Positions 45,321 to 55,200 of a DNA stretch of 64,000 nt are shown here, in pieces (the stretch's first letter is position 1; each line of letters starts with the position of its first letter). The position numbers and the translations under genes were made by a program. Source of the stretch: Chloropicon primus (Eukaryota). The notes beneath the pieces are model-generated. The model had not been told where the DNA came from. It saw only the letters and a list, made by a program, of their open reading frames with translations, and did no database searches. The stretch covers positions 496,001 to 560,000 of the forward strand of contig CP060756.1 in NCBI GenBank assembly GCA_023205875.1. The letters are read 5' to 3'.

Positions 45321-46054
45321 CTTGGCCTCCGCTCCACTTCCAAAGTGGTCCTGCGCTCCAGCGGAGCAAAAGAAACAATTCTTTTGTCGAGGAAGAAGAA
45401 CGGGACGAGGAAGAAGAACGAGGAATTCGTTGTCGTCGTCGATGAATAAATCAATCGGTACGTCAATGAACCCAAGTCAAGCCAAGGTCCCTGTCCAACG
45501 TTAGTTTAGTTTTCGTCGTACAATTCCGTGAGAGGCCGAACGAACCTGATCTGGAAATCTTGACCACCTTCAAGGGAAAACGAGCCCCTCAAAGTGTCCA
45601 ACCCGTCTTAACGCCGAGCGAACCAATGACGGAAATGTCTGCATCGACCCCAAGACGCGTTCTTTCTCTCGCAGAATCTTCATCAAGTCAACGAATCCCG
45701 TAGGTCTACATTTCGGTGCACCCTCGGAAGAGTAGAAAACGCGCTTTCACAATGAGTGTAAGTTCCGTTGGTGGAAGTCAAGAATCAAGAGAGAGAAAGA
45801 AGAAAAGAGGAGGAAGGCGTCGAGACGACAAGGTACCACCTTGAAGGCGAGACCCCAAAGGGTGGAAGCGAACAAAGACCGAGAGGTGGCGTTTTGTTGT
45901 TGTTGTTGTTGTTAGGAGAGAAATTGGCTGTCGCAACCACCGCGGACAAGTGACCAAAGGAGTCTTCGTTTTTGTCCCCCACCCCACCCCCAAGACGAAC
46001 ACACACGCAAGGGCTAGTGATTTTTGTTTTGACTGCTACTCGAAAACAAACAAA

Positions 46055-47636
46055 ATGTCCCAATCCTATGGAGAAGCTCTGGCGTTTCTGCAGAAAACGT
46101 CAACAGAGACCGGGAACACGGCCTTTGACCAGATCGTTGACGTCGTAGGAGAGGTAAGCTTACCGGGCCAAGGGCCTTCGCGCATTGCATTTGTGCCCGA
46201 CTCTGTTTTGCATGTCGGGAGCACGAGGAGGAGGTGCTAGACCCAGGGGGAGGGTTTTTAGCACCGGAGGAGAATGAACTTCTTTCGTTGTGGAACGGAG
46301 GCTGACAATAATGCTCTCTCTCTCTCTCTCCGCGTTTCGTGTCCTCCCCTCTTCTGGCTTCGTCGTACAACAACAACTTTGGATACTACTTCAGATCCTC
46401 GAGAACAGGTCAGCGGACTCTGCCGACTTGCTCGAGACGCTCTTGCTGGCGAAGAAGACTGCGTTTGAGCATGGCGGAGGCCCCATCGCTCTGCCAGAGG
46501 GCGAAGCGGCAAAGCCACTTGATGAGGCACAGAAGCTCTCCGAGCTGTACTTGGCCCCAGAGCCCCCAATCAACCCGGAGACGGGGGAGGCCGAGCCAGT
46601 GGACCCGCCGAACGAGTTTGAGACGGAGGACCTCATGTCGGGCGCTGCCCTTCTGGAGAGCGTGGGATGCGGTCTGGGAACCAAGGAGATGTACAACGTC
46701 ATGCTGGCCCTCAAGGCTTTGGGCGAGGATCCAACCGCAAAGGTCGCGACTGTGAGGTTCTTCGGAAAGTTCTTCGGCATCAACGCCGATTACTACGTGT
46801 TCGAGACCACCTTGAAGGAAGCCTCCGCGGCTGCCGAGGAGATGGAGGGCGTTGTTCCCGCCGAGGTTGGAACCGGAGCGAACGGCTTCGTCTACTTCGT
46901 GACGACCAACTTGGGAGACCCGTGCATCAAGCTTCCAGATATCACCCCCCAGCAGATCAAGGACTCGAGATACATTAAGAAGTACTTGACCGGCGACTTG
47001 GGTGCGGAGGTGAGCGCCTACCCAACGTACCCTGGCAAGGAGGCCGTTTACTTGCGTGCACAGATCGCAAGAATTGCTGCGACCACGACCTTGTGCCCAA
47101 GCGGATGCTTCAAGCTGGGCGAGGACGACGTTGTGGAGAAGAACGAGGAGTACGTTCCTGCCGCGGCCAGCGCAATGGATGTCTCGAGCTGGTGCCATCG
47201 CTACCCACACATCAAGAAGCAGGGAAGATGCACCGTGTACGTTCCAGAGGTCCCTGAGGGAGAAGAGGCTCCTGAACCAACGGAGGAGGAGAGTGAGGTC
47301 GGGCCACCGCTCTTGGCGGCCATCAGCGAGGATGAGCCTATCGGTGAGACCGGTGCTTGGACGGCTGTTACGAGCAGCCAGGTCCCAGGAATCAAGCACA
47401 CCGTTTCTGGAGTGAGGTCGAACTTGTGGCCAGGGGCAGTCACTGTGACCAACGGCGCGCTCTTTATAAATGTATATGTAGGATTCGGGGCAAAGGGCAC
47501 GCCGTACGTGCCGCTGCACGCCCCTGTGCCAATGAAGGAGTACGACGCTGACCTTGTAGAGTCCATTGAGATCCCAGACCCACCGCCAGAGGAGCCCGCA
47601 GAAGGGGAGGAAGAGGCCCCTGCTGAGGAGGAGTGA
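46055..47636 (+). CDS. RSP4/6: Radial spoke head protein 4/6; exons 46055-46153, 46395-47636
   Basis: VRFFGKFFGINADYYVFE, E.GTGAN, E..YLRAQIARI..TT, W.H.YPHIKKQGR and VRSNLWPGA...NVYVGFG. Confidence 0.93.
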
Positions 47637-47974
47637 CGAACTTTTTGATTTAAAAAAAAGTTTAACTCCGTTTAACAACACTTACGTTTAGTTGGCGAAG
47701 ACCCCCTTGTTCCGCCCTCCACGCTTTCTTGTCCTTGATGCGGTGGTGGTGTGAGAGGTCGCAGGCGCCGTCGTGCTGCCACGACGGATGGAAGACAAGT
47801 GGGTGGTGGTGACCGGTGTTGAGTCAAACAATCAGAATTATATATTATGTTTTGAAGCTACTCGAGCTATGTCAACTGTTATAAGATTTACGGAAGAAGT
47901 CGTGAAACGCTTTGGGAAAAACGGAAAAAAAAAGCATAAGAAAAAAATGGTGTGGAACATTGCCCCCTTGCTTC

Positions 47975-49306
47975 TCAGACGTCCAGAGTGGATTCGAACT
48001 CCTCGACGGATTTGAACAGCTCCTTGAAGTTTCCCTTGCCGAAGCCACCACAGCCAGCGGCCTGAACCATCTCAACAGTGTTGGTGACCTCGTTCTTCTC
48101 CTTTCTCATGCATCCCACGCGCTCAATGATCTCGATGAAAAGGGTTGGCCTGTCGCACACCGGCTTGGTGAACACCTGCAAAAGGACTCCCTGGTCGTCT
48201 TTGTCGACAAGGATTCCGAGCTCCTCCACGGTCTTGTACTGGTCGTCAGTCAAAGAGTTTCCGATCTTGTTGCGCAGCTCCTTGTAGTACTTGTCGCTCG
48301 GCCTGGGCATGAGCTCGAACCCGGAGATGTCCTCCACCGCTCTCATGTGCCTCAAGGTCGTGAAGATGTCATCCGTCTTGAGGGCCAAGTGCTGGACGCC
48401 CGCGCCGCAGTTCTGCTCCAAGTAAGTCTGAATCTGGCTCTTCCTCTTCGTTCCGAAAGTAGGCTCGTTGATCGGGAACAAGACCATCTCGTTGTTGCTC
48501 GCCGCGACGATACTGTTCAGGCCAGAGTCCACGGTTCCCACGTCCTCCGCGGTGAACTCTGCGAACTCGTGGAACCCAGTCGCGGAGATGAGGTAGTTGT
48601 AGGTGTCGAGCATGTTTGGAACGTTGCCCACGCAGTGGTCGAGCCTCTTGAGGCCGTAGTCGATGTCCTTGCTCTCCACCGGCGCGTAACCGGGCAGGAA
48701 GTCGCCCTGGTAATCTCCGCTCAAGAACCTCAGGTGGACGTCCCCGTAAAGCAGAATCTCGGCGACAACCAACTCGCCCTCCGGCTCTCCCTCGTTCGTC
48801 GGCTTGAGAACGTAAGGCTCCACTCGGCCCTCCGCGCCGTTCTTGACAGCGGCCTCGTAGGCAGCCCTCGCGTCCGCCACGGTGAGCCCAACCGCCTTCA
48901 CGCCAAGGCCGTGCTTCTTGAAGAAGCCGAACGCCTCGTCCGCGTCGAACCCGTGGTTCGGAACGCCGGCCGCCTGCTCGGCTCCCTTCTCTCCACCAGC
49001 CGCCTCGGACTGCGTCCCGTACGGTGCGGAGAACACGAACGTGAGCTCGCCGCTCTTCAGAACGTACGACGAGTACGCCGAGTTCCCAGTCGAGTTGTCG
49101 GACTTGGCCACAAGCTTGAGACCAAGACCTGCGGAGAACCTGCGGTACGTGTTGTTCGCATCTCCGCAGTACAGCTCGACGTGATGAAACTTCTTGACAT
49201 CAAACCTGTCCGTCAAAGGGTTCACCCTCTTGAAGTGCGCCGCACCCACGAGCTTCTCCTTCGTTTGAATTACTCCACTCGTACTCTCTCCCCCTCCTGC
49301 TCCCAT
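47975..49306 (-). CDS. HPPD: 4-hydroxyphenylpyruvate dioxygenase
   Basis: FHHVELYCGDA, RLDHCVGN, SQIQTYLEQN.G.GVQHLAL and GGFGKGNF. Confidence 0.97.
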   Translation of the reverse strand: MGAGGGESTSGVIQTKEKLVGAAHFKRVNPLTDRFDVKKFHHVELYCGDANNTYRRFSAGLGLKLVAKSDNSTGNSAYSSYVLKSGELTFVFSAPYGTQSEAAGGEKGAEQAAGVPNHGFDADEAFGFFKKHGLGVKAVGLTVADARAAYEAAVKNGAEGRVEPYVLKPTNEGEPEGELVVAEILLYGDVHLRFLSGDYQGDFLPGYAPVESKDIDYGLKRLDHCVGNVPNMLDTYNYLISATGFHEFAEFTAEDVGTVDSGLNSIVAASNNEMVLFPINEPTFGTKRKSQIQTYLEQNCGAGVQHLALKTDDIFTTLRHMRAVEDISGFELMPRPSDKYYKELRNKIGNSLTDDQYKTVEELGILVDKDDQGVLLQVFTKPVCDRPTLFIEIIERVGCMRKEKNEVTNTVEMVQAAGCGGFGKGNFKELFKSVEEFESTLDV

Positions 49307-49709
49307 ACTTCTTCACACACACACAAACACACACACACACACACAAATTCTCTCGTGGTCACGCGTCTGTCTCGCCTTTGGCCCCTTTCTGACCCCTCTC
49401 TGTTCCCTCCGCAGCCTTCCACGTCATGATCACCCCAAGACGTTAATTATCCATACACTCCGTACCCTTGTAGAATTAATGTCTTCTGTCGTACACAAAA
49501 AGGGAGAGAGAGAGAGAAGAGAGAAGCCGAGGAGAGAGGAGGGTTTGGTTCGATCGGTCGGTTGGTGTCTTTGGTTGTTGACGGTGGGGATCCTCGTTGG
49601 GTTCACGTTGTTTGGTTACACGACGGGTTTACCTGCATTGATATTCCTTCGTTTCATTTTCGCTTTAGACCCTCTTGTGATTACGACGACTCCAAGGTCA
49701 AAACCGTCG

Positions 49710-49955
49710 GACGTCCTTCTGGTGTCCCACGCCCCGTGCAGCGTCGGGATGAGCTTGGGCTACGAGGGCCTGGACCTGGCGCGGGCGAAGGGGGAGAGCA
49801 AGCTGGAGCCTTGGCCCCTGGGCGGCGTCACCCAGTTCACTAGGGGCTCCATCGGCGAGCCGTGGACCATGGCGATGGCGTGCAGCACGAGCCACCTCTC
49901 CGCGCCGTGGAGGGAGGGGAAGCAAAGGTGGACTCTCCCGAGCCTGAGAAAATAA
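49710..49955 (+). pseudogene. Orphan C-terminal fragment of a histidine-phosphatase-like gene
   Basis: DVLLVSHAP...GGVTQF...WTMAMACSTSHL with coding-like codon bias, but no upstream RHG motif and no room for it. Confidence 0.45.
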
Positions 49956-50025
49956 GAGCGGCAACAAAAGGGGAGTTTATAAATACTACAAAAGCTGTGT
50001 TTTTTCCAAAAGTGATCCCATGGCT

Positions 50026-50043
50026 TTTGGCGGGAATTTTGAA
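50026..50043 (+). promoter_or_regulatory. E2F site overlapping a CDE/CHR-like element (TTTGGCGGGAATTTTGAA)
   Basis: TTTSSCGS match plus GGCGG-N4-TTTGAA, about 85-100 nt upstream of ATG 50127. Confidence 0.55.
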
Positions 50044-50126
50044 AAATCGTGGGAGGAGAAGCGAACCGAAAAACTAAAAGTAACGGACGGGCGTCGAGGC
50101 CGAGGGACAGAAGACGGAGCGCGACC

Positions 50127-51278
50127 ATGCCCAAGGGGGTGTTCATTGACAAGCGCCGCAAGAAGAAGCCGTACGGAGTGCGTATCGGTCGCCCCAAGGA
50201 ATACTTCGCCACCGTGGCGGAGGCCGTCGCCGCCCTCGAGGCGTACCGCGCGGGCAAACTCAAGAAGAGGGAGACCGACCGAGCCGCGCTCGCGGTGAAG
50301 CGCGCCCGCGACCTGGCGATCTACGGCCGGAGCTCCGCCACGGAGCGCGAAGTGGCGCTCGCCCTCGTCGCCAGATGGCAGGCGACCATCCCCGGGAGCG
50401 CGGCGCTCGTGCTAAACGACGGTACGAAAGCCGACGTCCTCCTCCGCCTGAGCGAGGAGGACGCGTGGCTGCCGGTGCAGCTCAAGACGACGGGGGGCGC
50501 CAAGAAGGGTGAACCGAATACGTGGTACTTCCACAACGTCACCGGCTACTCGGGGATGTGTGTGGTGTGCTGGCGGTGCGACGTCGGCGATGCGTGGGTG
50601 TACAACGGCAACGCGCTGAACGAGCGCGGCAAGCTGGACCTGAGCGTCACCCCCCTCCGCAAGAACTGTGAGCTCGCGCTCGCGCGTGGCCTCAACCTCG
50701 CCGCGCTCGTGCAATGGCTGAGCGAGCAGGCCCAGGCCCAGGCCCAGGCCCAGGCCCATCTGTGTCGGTGGACGACCGTCACCGAGCACGCCGCGCGGCA
50801 CGACTTCGCGTCCGCGGCCCAAGCGCTCGAGATGCGCGGCATCGACGCGTTCAAGGCGAGCTTCCCAAAGCACCGCTACGCCTTCCCCGAGGGACAGAAC
50901 ACCCAAGTCGACCTGCTCAAGGATGCGACGACGCGCCAGCAGTTCAAGACGGCGCGCGCGGCGTCTAACGGCGTCGCCGGGTTTATGTGCGACCTGCACA
51001 CCTACGCCGGGCGTGACGAGGCGGGCAAGCAGCTGAAAGATCCTTACCCGGCAGGGGCGTTCGACGAGCTAGTTGCGGTGGCGTGGGTGGAAGGCAAAGC
51101 ATACTTTTGGATCATCCCCGCGGCAGAGCTGGAGGCGAATGGGTACCTGCGATCGGAGTCGCAGCCTGGGAAGACGTGCCTGCACCTGCACGCGTCGAAG
51201 ATTGGCGTGCAGCCGAACCCGCACGCGCGTAAGAAGGTAGACACGTGGACCGACAAGTACTTCCATTCCGCAGCTTAG
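50127..51278 (+). CDS. Putative endonuclease: AP2-like N-terminus plus two PD-(D/E)XK-like domains
   Basis: KGVFID.RRKKKPYGVRIG...YFATVAEAVAA (AP2-like), E...DGTKADVLL...WLPVQLKTT and E...QVDLL...RQQFKTA...Y..G.FD. Intronless, with CGC/GCG-rich codons. Confidence 0.7.
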   Translation: MPKGVFIDKRRKKKPYGVRIGRPKEYFATVAEAVAALEAYRAGKLKKRETDRAALAVKRARDLAIYGRSSATEREVALALVARWQATIPGSAALVLNDGTKADVLLRLSEEDAWLPVQLKTTGGAKKGEPNTWYFHNVTGYSGMCVVCWRCDVGDAWVYNGNALNERGKLDLSVTPLRKNCELALARGLNLAALVQWLSEQAQAQAQAQAHLCRWTTVTEHAARHDFASAAQALEMRGIDAFKASFPKHRYAFPEGQNTQVDLLKDATTRQQFKTARAASNGVAGFMCDLHTYAGRDEAGKQLKDPYPAGAFDELVAVAWVEGKAYFWIIPAAELEANGYLRSESQPGKTCLHLHASKIGVQPNPHARKKVDTWTDKYFHSAA

Positions 51279-51880
51279 CTTTCATCATGCTTTTTTTTTC
51301 TCGTCTTCTTCATCTTCTCCTCGAGCAACCGATGTCTCTCTCTGTCTCCCTCCACATCATCGAACCCCTCGCCTTGTCCCCGCCACGAACGAGGAGGGGG
51401 AGAGAGTTTGGGTGACGCTTGAGGACGAAACGGTGCGACGGAAGCGGGGTGGAGGGGAAGGGGGAGGCGTAGAACGATACTACGTGTTCAGAGCTTTCCG
51501 TAGAGCCGTCGGGACTCCGAGTGTGAGGGAGGGAGGGAGGTGAGGTGAGGAGCACGGGTGGACGGTAGGACTGGTGCTTGGTGGGTCCATTCCTGTGTCC
51601 CTGTGTCCTGTTCGCTTCACGGATCAGACTCCTCGTGAGGAGAGGGTGGTTGGTCCAACAGCAAAAGCTAAATCGGAAAGTGTTGTCCAGTGAGCCGGCG
51701 GGAGTTCGCACAGCAACAGAGGCTTGGCAAGGCAAGGCAAGGCACGGAGGGTTGACGCACGTCATTCACTCGGCGGGTCGGAAGCACTGCTGAGGGGCGG
51801 ACGAGAGCAACTGGTAGAGAGAGAGAGAATTCTTTGGTTTTGTTGTATTTATTTTGGTGTTGTTGGGCAATAGGATTATT

Positions 51881-52480
51881 ATGAGGGGAGTGGTGACGTT
51901 TGCGTTGGCGGGGGCGCTGGCCCTGTGGCACAGGAGGGGAATCAAGCAGGCGGAGGATCGTGCGCGCGCAACCTTGACGAAGGAGAACGAGACGCGAGAG
52001 AAGGACTTTCATTACTTGGATATTGTCCTCGAGGAGGCCAAGGCGGGGGTGAAGGCGGGGGAGGGAGGGCCCTTCGGGGCTATCATCGTCCAGAAGGACA
52101 CGGGGGAGATCGTCGCGCAGGCGCACAACGCGGTCCTGTCGACGAACGACCCGACCGCCCACGCGGAGATGCTGGTCATCCAGCAGGCTTGCAAGAAGCT
52201 CAACACCATGGACCTGTCGGGGTGCGAGATATTCACCTCGTGCGAGCCTTGCCCCATGTCCTTCGCGGCGATATTCCTGGCCCGCCTCAGCAGGCTGGTC
52301 TACGGCGCCTCCTCGGAGAGCGCGGTCAACATCGGCTTCGACGCCAACAACATCTCGGACGCCATCCGCGGGACGGCGGTGCACCAGAAGAGCACGGTCA
52401 AGGTGCAGCAGCTCAACCACCCCAAGTTCCACAACCTCTTCGAGCAGGCGAAGAAGGACGACCAGTGGACCTTGTACTGA
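51881..52480 (+). CDS. GSDA: Guanosine/guanine deaminase-like protein (CDA fold)
   Basis: GGPFGAIIV, NDPTAHAE, TSCEPCPMS, IGFD and a C-terminal LY tail. Confidence 0.85.
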   Translation: MRGVVTFALAGALALWHRRGIKQAEDRARATLTKENETREKDFHYLDIVLEEAKAGVKAGEGGPFGAIIVQKDTGEIVAQAHNAVLSTNDPTAHAEMLVIQQACKKLNTMDLSGCEIFTSCEPCPMSFAAIFLARLSRLVYGASSESAVNIGFDANNISDAIRGTAVHQKSTVKVQQLNHPKFHNLFEQAKKDDQWTLY

Positions 52481-52761
52481 CCGCACCCTCCGGCGTGGTG
52501 TGTGTACCTAGGTGGTTAAACGGATTCAATGTCATACATGCACGGGACGAAGAAGGCCCCCCGGTCGTTTCTCTGTCTCCCCCTCCCTCTCGGCCCGAAC
52601 GAAGCAGGCTTTGGGCAAGGAAAGCGTCGCTGGGGCGGCTCGTGGCTTCAAGGTGGCAACCAGGATCCCTTCGGGGGGCGGACAGGACACGGACGCTCTC
52701 GAGCTCGAGACGTTTCAATAAACCCTATTCCGGAATTTTTACAGACTTCTTAATAATTCAT

Positions 52762-53423
52762 TTATAGCGCCTGAGCCTCACGGAGACGTCTAATGGTGGA
52801 CCTAATGGTGACCGCACCACCGGTGTGCAAGCTATAGGCACCTCCCGCGTAGGTCTTGCCGCAGGCCTTGCACTTCCAGATACCCACCGCGCTTCTCTTC
52901 ACGGTGTTCTTTCCGCAGAACATACAGGTGTACTTGGAGTGCTGAGAGATCTCCATCTTCTTCACCTGCTTACGGAGAGAGGAACCATAACGGGTTCCGT
53001 ACTTTCCGACGATTCCAACCTTCTTCGTTCTCTTCGACTGCAAGACGCAAAACAAAACAAAACAAAACACTCTTGTCAGCGAGCCGAGCCACACACCTCA
53101 ACAAGATGAAGGAGAGACAATAAAAACACTCCACTCCGCTCCGTATTCGAACGCGACGACGAGGACGAGGACGACAAGGACGCGAGGTTCATCACGGGAA
53201 ACCCCTCGATCGCTCTTCCCACGTCGCGGAGGACACGCTTCCCTCGTTCCAACACCATCCCTTCCTCCCCTCCTCCCCTCGTTTCTCGTTTCCAAAAACA
53301 AAAACAAAAAAAAGAAGAGAGTTGGTCGAGGAGGAGAGAGCGCAAGGGATGAACAAAGAAACTCATCCCTCTCCCTTCCTCCCCCTCCGTCCTTCCTCTC
53401 TTTCGCAACCCTTCACCTACCAT
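52762..53423 (-). CDS. RPL37A: 60S ribosomal protein eL43 (L37a); ATG-only exon 53421-53423, exon 2 52762-53037
   Basis: [22 protein letters not shown]...C.FCGK..VKR.AVGIW.CK.C, with a GTAGGT...CTGAC...GCAG intron. Confidence 0.96.
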
Positions 53424-53568
53424 CTTCTCCCTCACAAAAGACGCAGCCTTCCTCTCGTGTTCTGGTGCTCCTCTCCTCTCGCTCTCCTCTCCTTCTCCTC
53501 CTCCTTCCCCAGTGCTAATTCCATCTTACGCCACCCCGCTCGAGGAGGGAAAAAATGCGGCGGCGGCG

Positions 53569-53628
53569 CATTCGGATCCCACATTCGGATCCTTCGCATT
53601 CGGATCCCCCACACCCACCATTCGGATC
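53569..53628. repeat. Four spaced copies of CATTCGGATC
   Basis: Copies at 53569, 53582, 53597 and 53619. Confidence 0.9.
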
Positions 53629-53687
53629 TTCAACGGGGCCCTTCAAAAAACGGTCGAGGAGAAGAAGAACAAGACGTGGGTGAGAGA

Positions 53688-53968
53688 GTTGGTGCGACGA
53701 CAGTGGGTAACGGGAGTGAGGTGGACGAGGGAGTGGGACAGTGAGAATATTCGTTCAGTGATCTTTCGGAAGAGCCCTCACTCGAAAGATTTGGTCGAGA
53801 TTCGAGGCACTTACAACTGAGGTTTCTCTTGCTACTCAACTCGTAGGGGTGAGAGTACTCGTGGTGCTTGGGTTGGTGCGAGAGCGGGTAACGGGAGTGA
53901 GGTGGACGAGGGAGGGAGTGGGACAGTGAGAATCTTCGCTCAGTGAGCTTTCGGAAGAGCCCTCACTT
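53688..53968. repeat. Diverged direct duplication of a ~96-bp non-coding unit (53688-53783 and 53872-53968)
   Basis: GGGTAACGGGAGTGAGGTGGACGAGGGAG...GGGACAGTGAGAAT.TTCG.TCAGTGA.CTTTCGGAAGAGCCCTCACT occurs twice. Confidence 0.9.
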
Positions 53969-54078
53969 GAGTTGGTGGTGTTTGGAGAGCGACAGGGGAT
54001 CTCTGATCGGTCCATTGGGGGTGGGGGTGGAGGTAGAGGAGGAGAAGGAGGGTTGCGTGCGGTGTGCGAGGGGACGAG

Positions 54079-54725
54079 ATGCACTCCGCGAGCTACAGGA
54101 CGAACGCGATCCTGACCATGGCGTTCTCTGGACTCGTGGCGCTCTGCGTTGCGGTGTCCCTCACAGGTGAGGAAAGGAACGCGAAAAACCAAAAACCACC
54201 AAGAGAGAGATAGAGAGAGAGACCCTCCGCGCTTCATTCATTTTTTTTGCTGACCCCTTCGCTCGCGCACTTTGGATCTCGGTGGCCACGCACGCGCAGA
54301 GGTCTTCCACAGGTCGAGTCCGGAGGCCAGCTTGAAGCTGCACCACGTGCACTACTTCAGGCCGTCTTTGGTGAACAATGACGAGGTGAGTGACTGGCTC
54401 ATGATGAGCGACCGAGGGAAAGCGTGGAAGGAGCGAAGAGGACTGACGGAGGGACGATCGATCCCCTTTTCGTTTCCCTTCTATCGACGACCTCGTGGTG
54501 CTGCTGCAAACAGGCGGTCTTGTCATTCAACATGAAGAGCGATCTTTCTTCTTGCTTCAGCTGGAACACGAAACAGCTCTTTGCTTACATCAAGGTCGTC
54601 TACGAGACGGATAAACACGTGAGGAACGAGGTAAGCAGACCAGTGAAACCTTCTCTTTTTCTCGGGGAGTCCGACAGATCGTGTGTGCACGCACGCACGC
54701 ACTCACACACGCTCGCTCACTCAAC

Positions 54726-54804
<79 letters not shown>

Positions 54805-55119
54805 GGTCACGGTGTGGGACAAGGTCATCAAGACAACGGAGGACCACAAGGTGGTAGACGAAGTGTTCCTCAGCAAGTACAAGCTCGTGGACAACGGGGC
54901 CGGGCTGCGGGGAAGGGATGTGAACGTTACCCTCGCTTGGAACGTCATGCCATACATAGGTACGATTTCTCTTACATCGTCGTCTCTAGTTCCTTCTGTC
55001 GCCGTTAACGCAAAATCCTTACAAAAATACACTTCCCTCCTCTCCTCGCAGGGGCGCTGTACTACCAGGAAAAGACGTTCACGGCAAAGCTGCCTTCAGA
55101 CTACCTGGTGGATTCTTAG
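54079..55119 (+). CDS. SPCS3: Signal peptidase complex subunit 3 (SPC22/23); exons 54079-54166, 54300-54385, 54514-54630, 54806-54959, 55052-55119
   Basis: MHS...R.NA, DLSSCFSWNTKQLFAY, NEV.VWD.VI, KY.L.D.G.GL.G and LAWNVMPYIG, with all junctions in frame. Confidence 0.92.
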
Positions 55120-55200
55120 GCTCCCACGAGGCTCCCACGAAGGACTCGCGTGGGACCGCCCCCCTTGTAACAAATGATAAATTTCGCGCCACTGTCCCCT

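Noticed and set aside
49760..49945. R3H-like peptide on the minus strand (FPSLHGAERWLVLHAIA)
   Set aside because: Codon bias and two motif matches favour the plus-strand phosphatase-fragment reading.
49420..51320. TIRs or TSD bounding the endonuclease region
   Set aside because: Only short chance matches and a T-run at ~51290 were found; boundaries cannot be defined without aligning other copies.
53038..53420. Intronic C/D snoRNA in RPL37A (GTGATGA on the minus strand near 53190)
   Set aside because: There is no well-placed D box or terminal stem; the nearest CTGA is the branch point.
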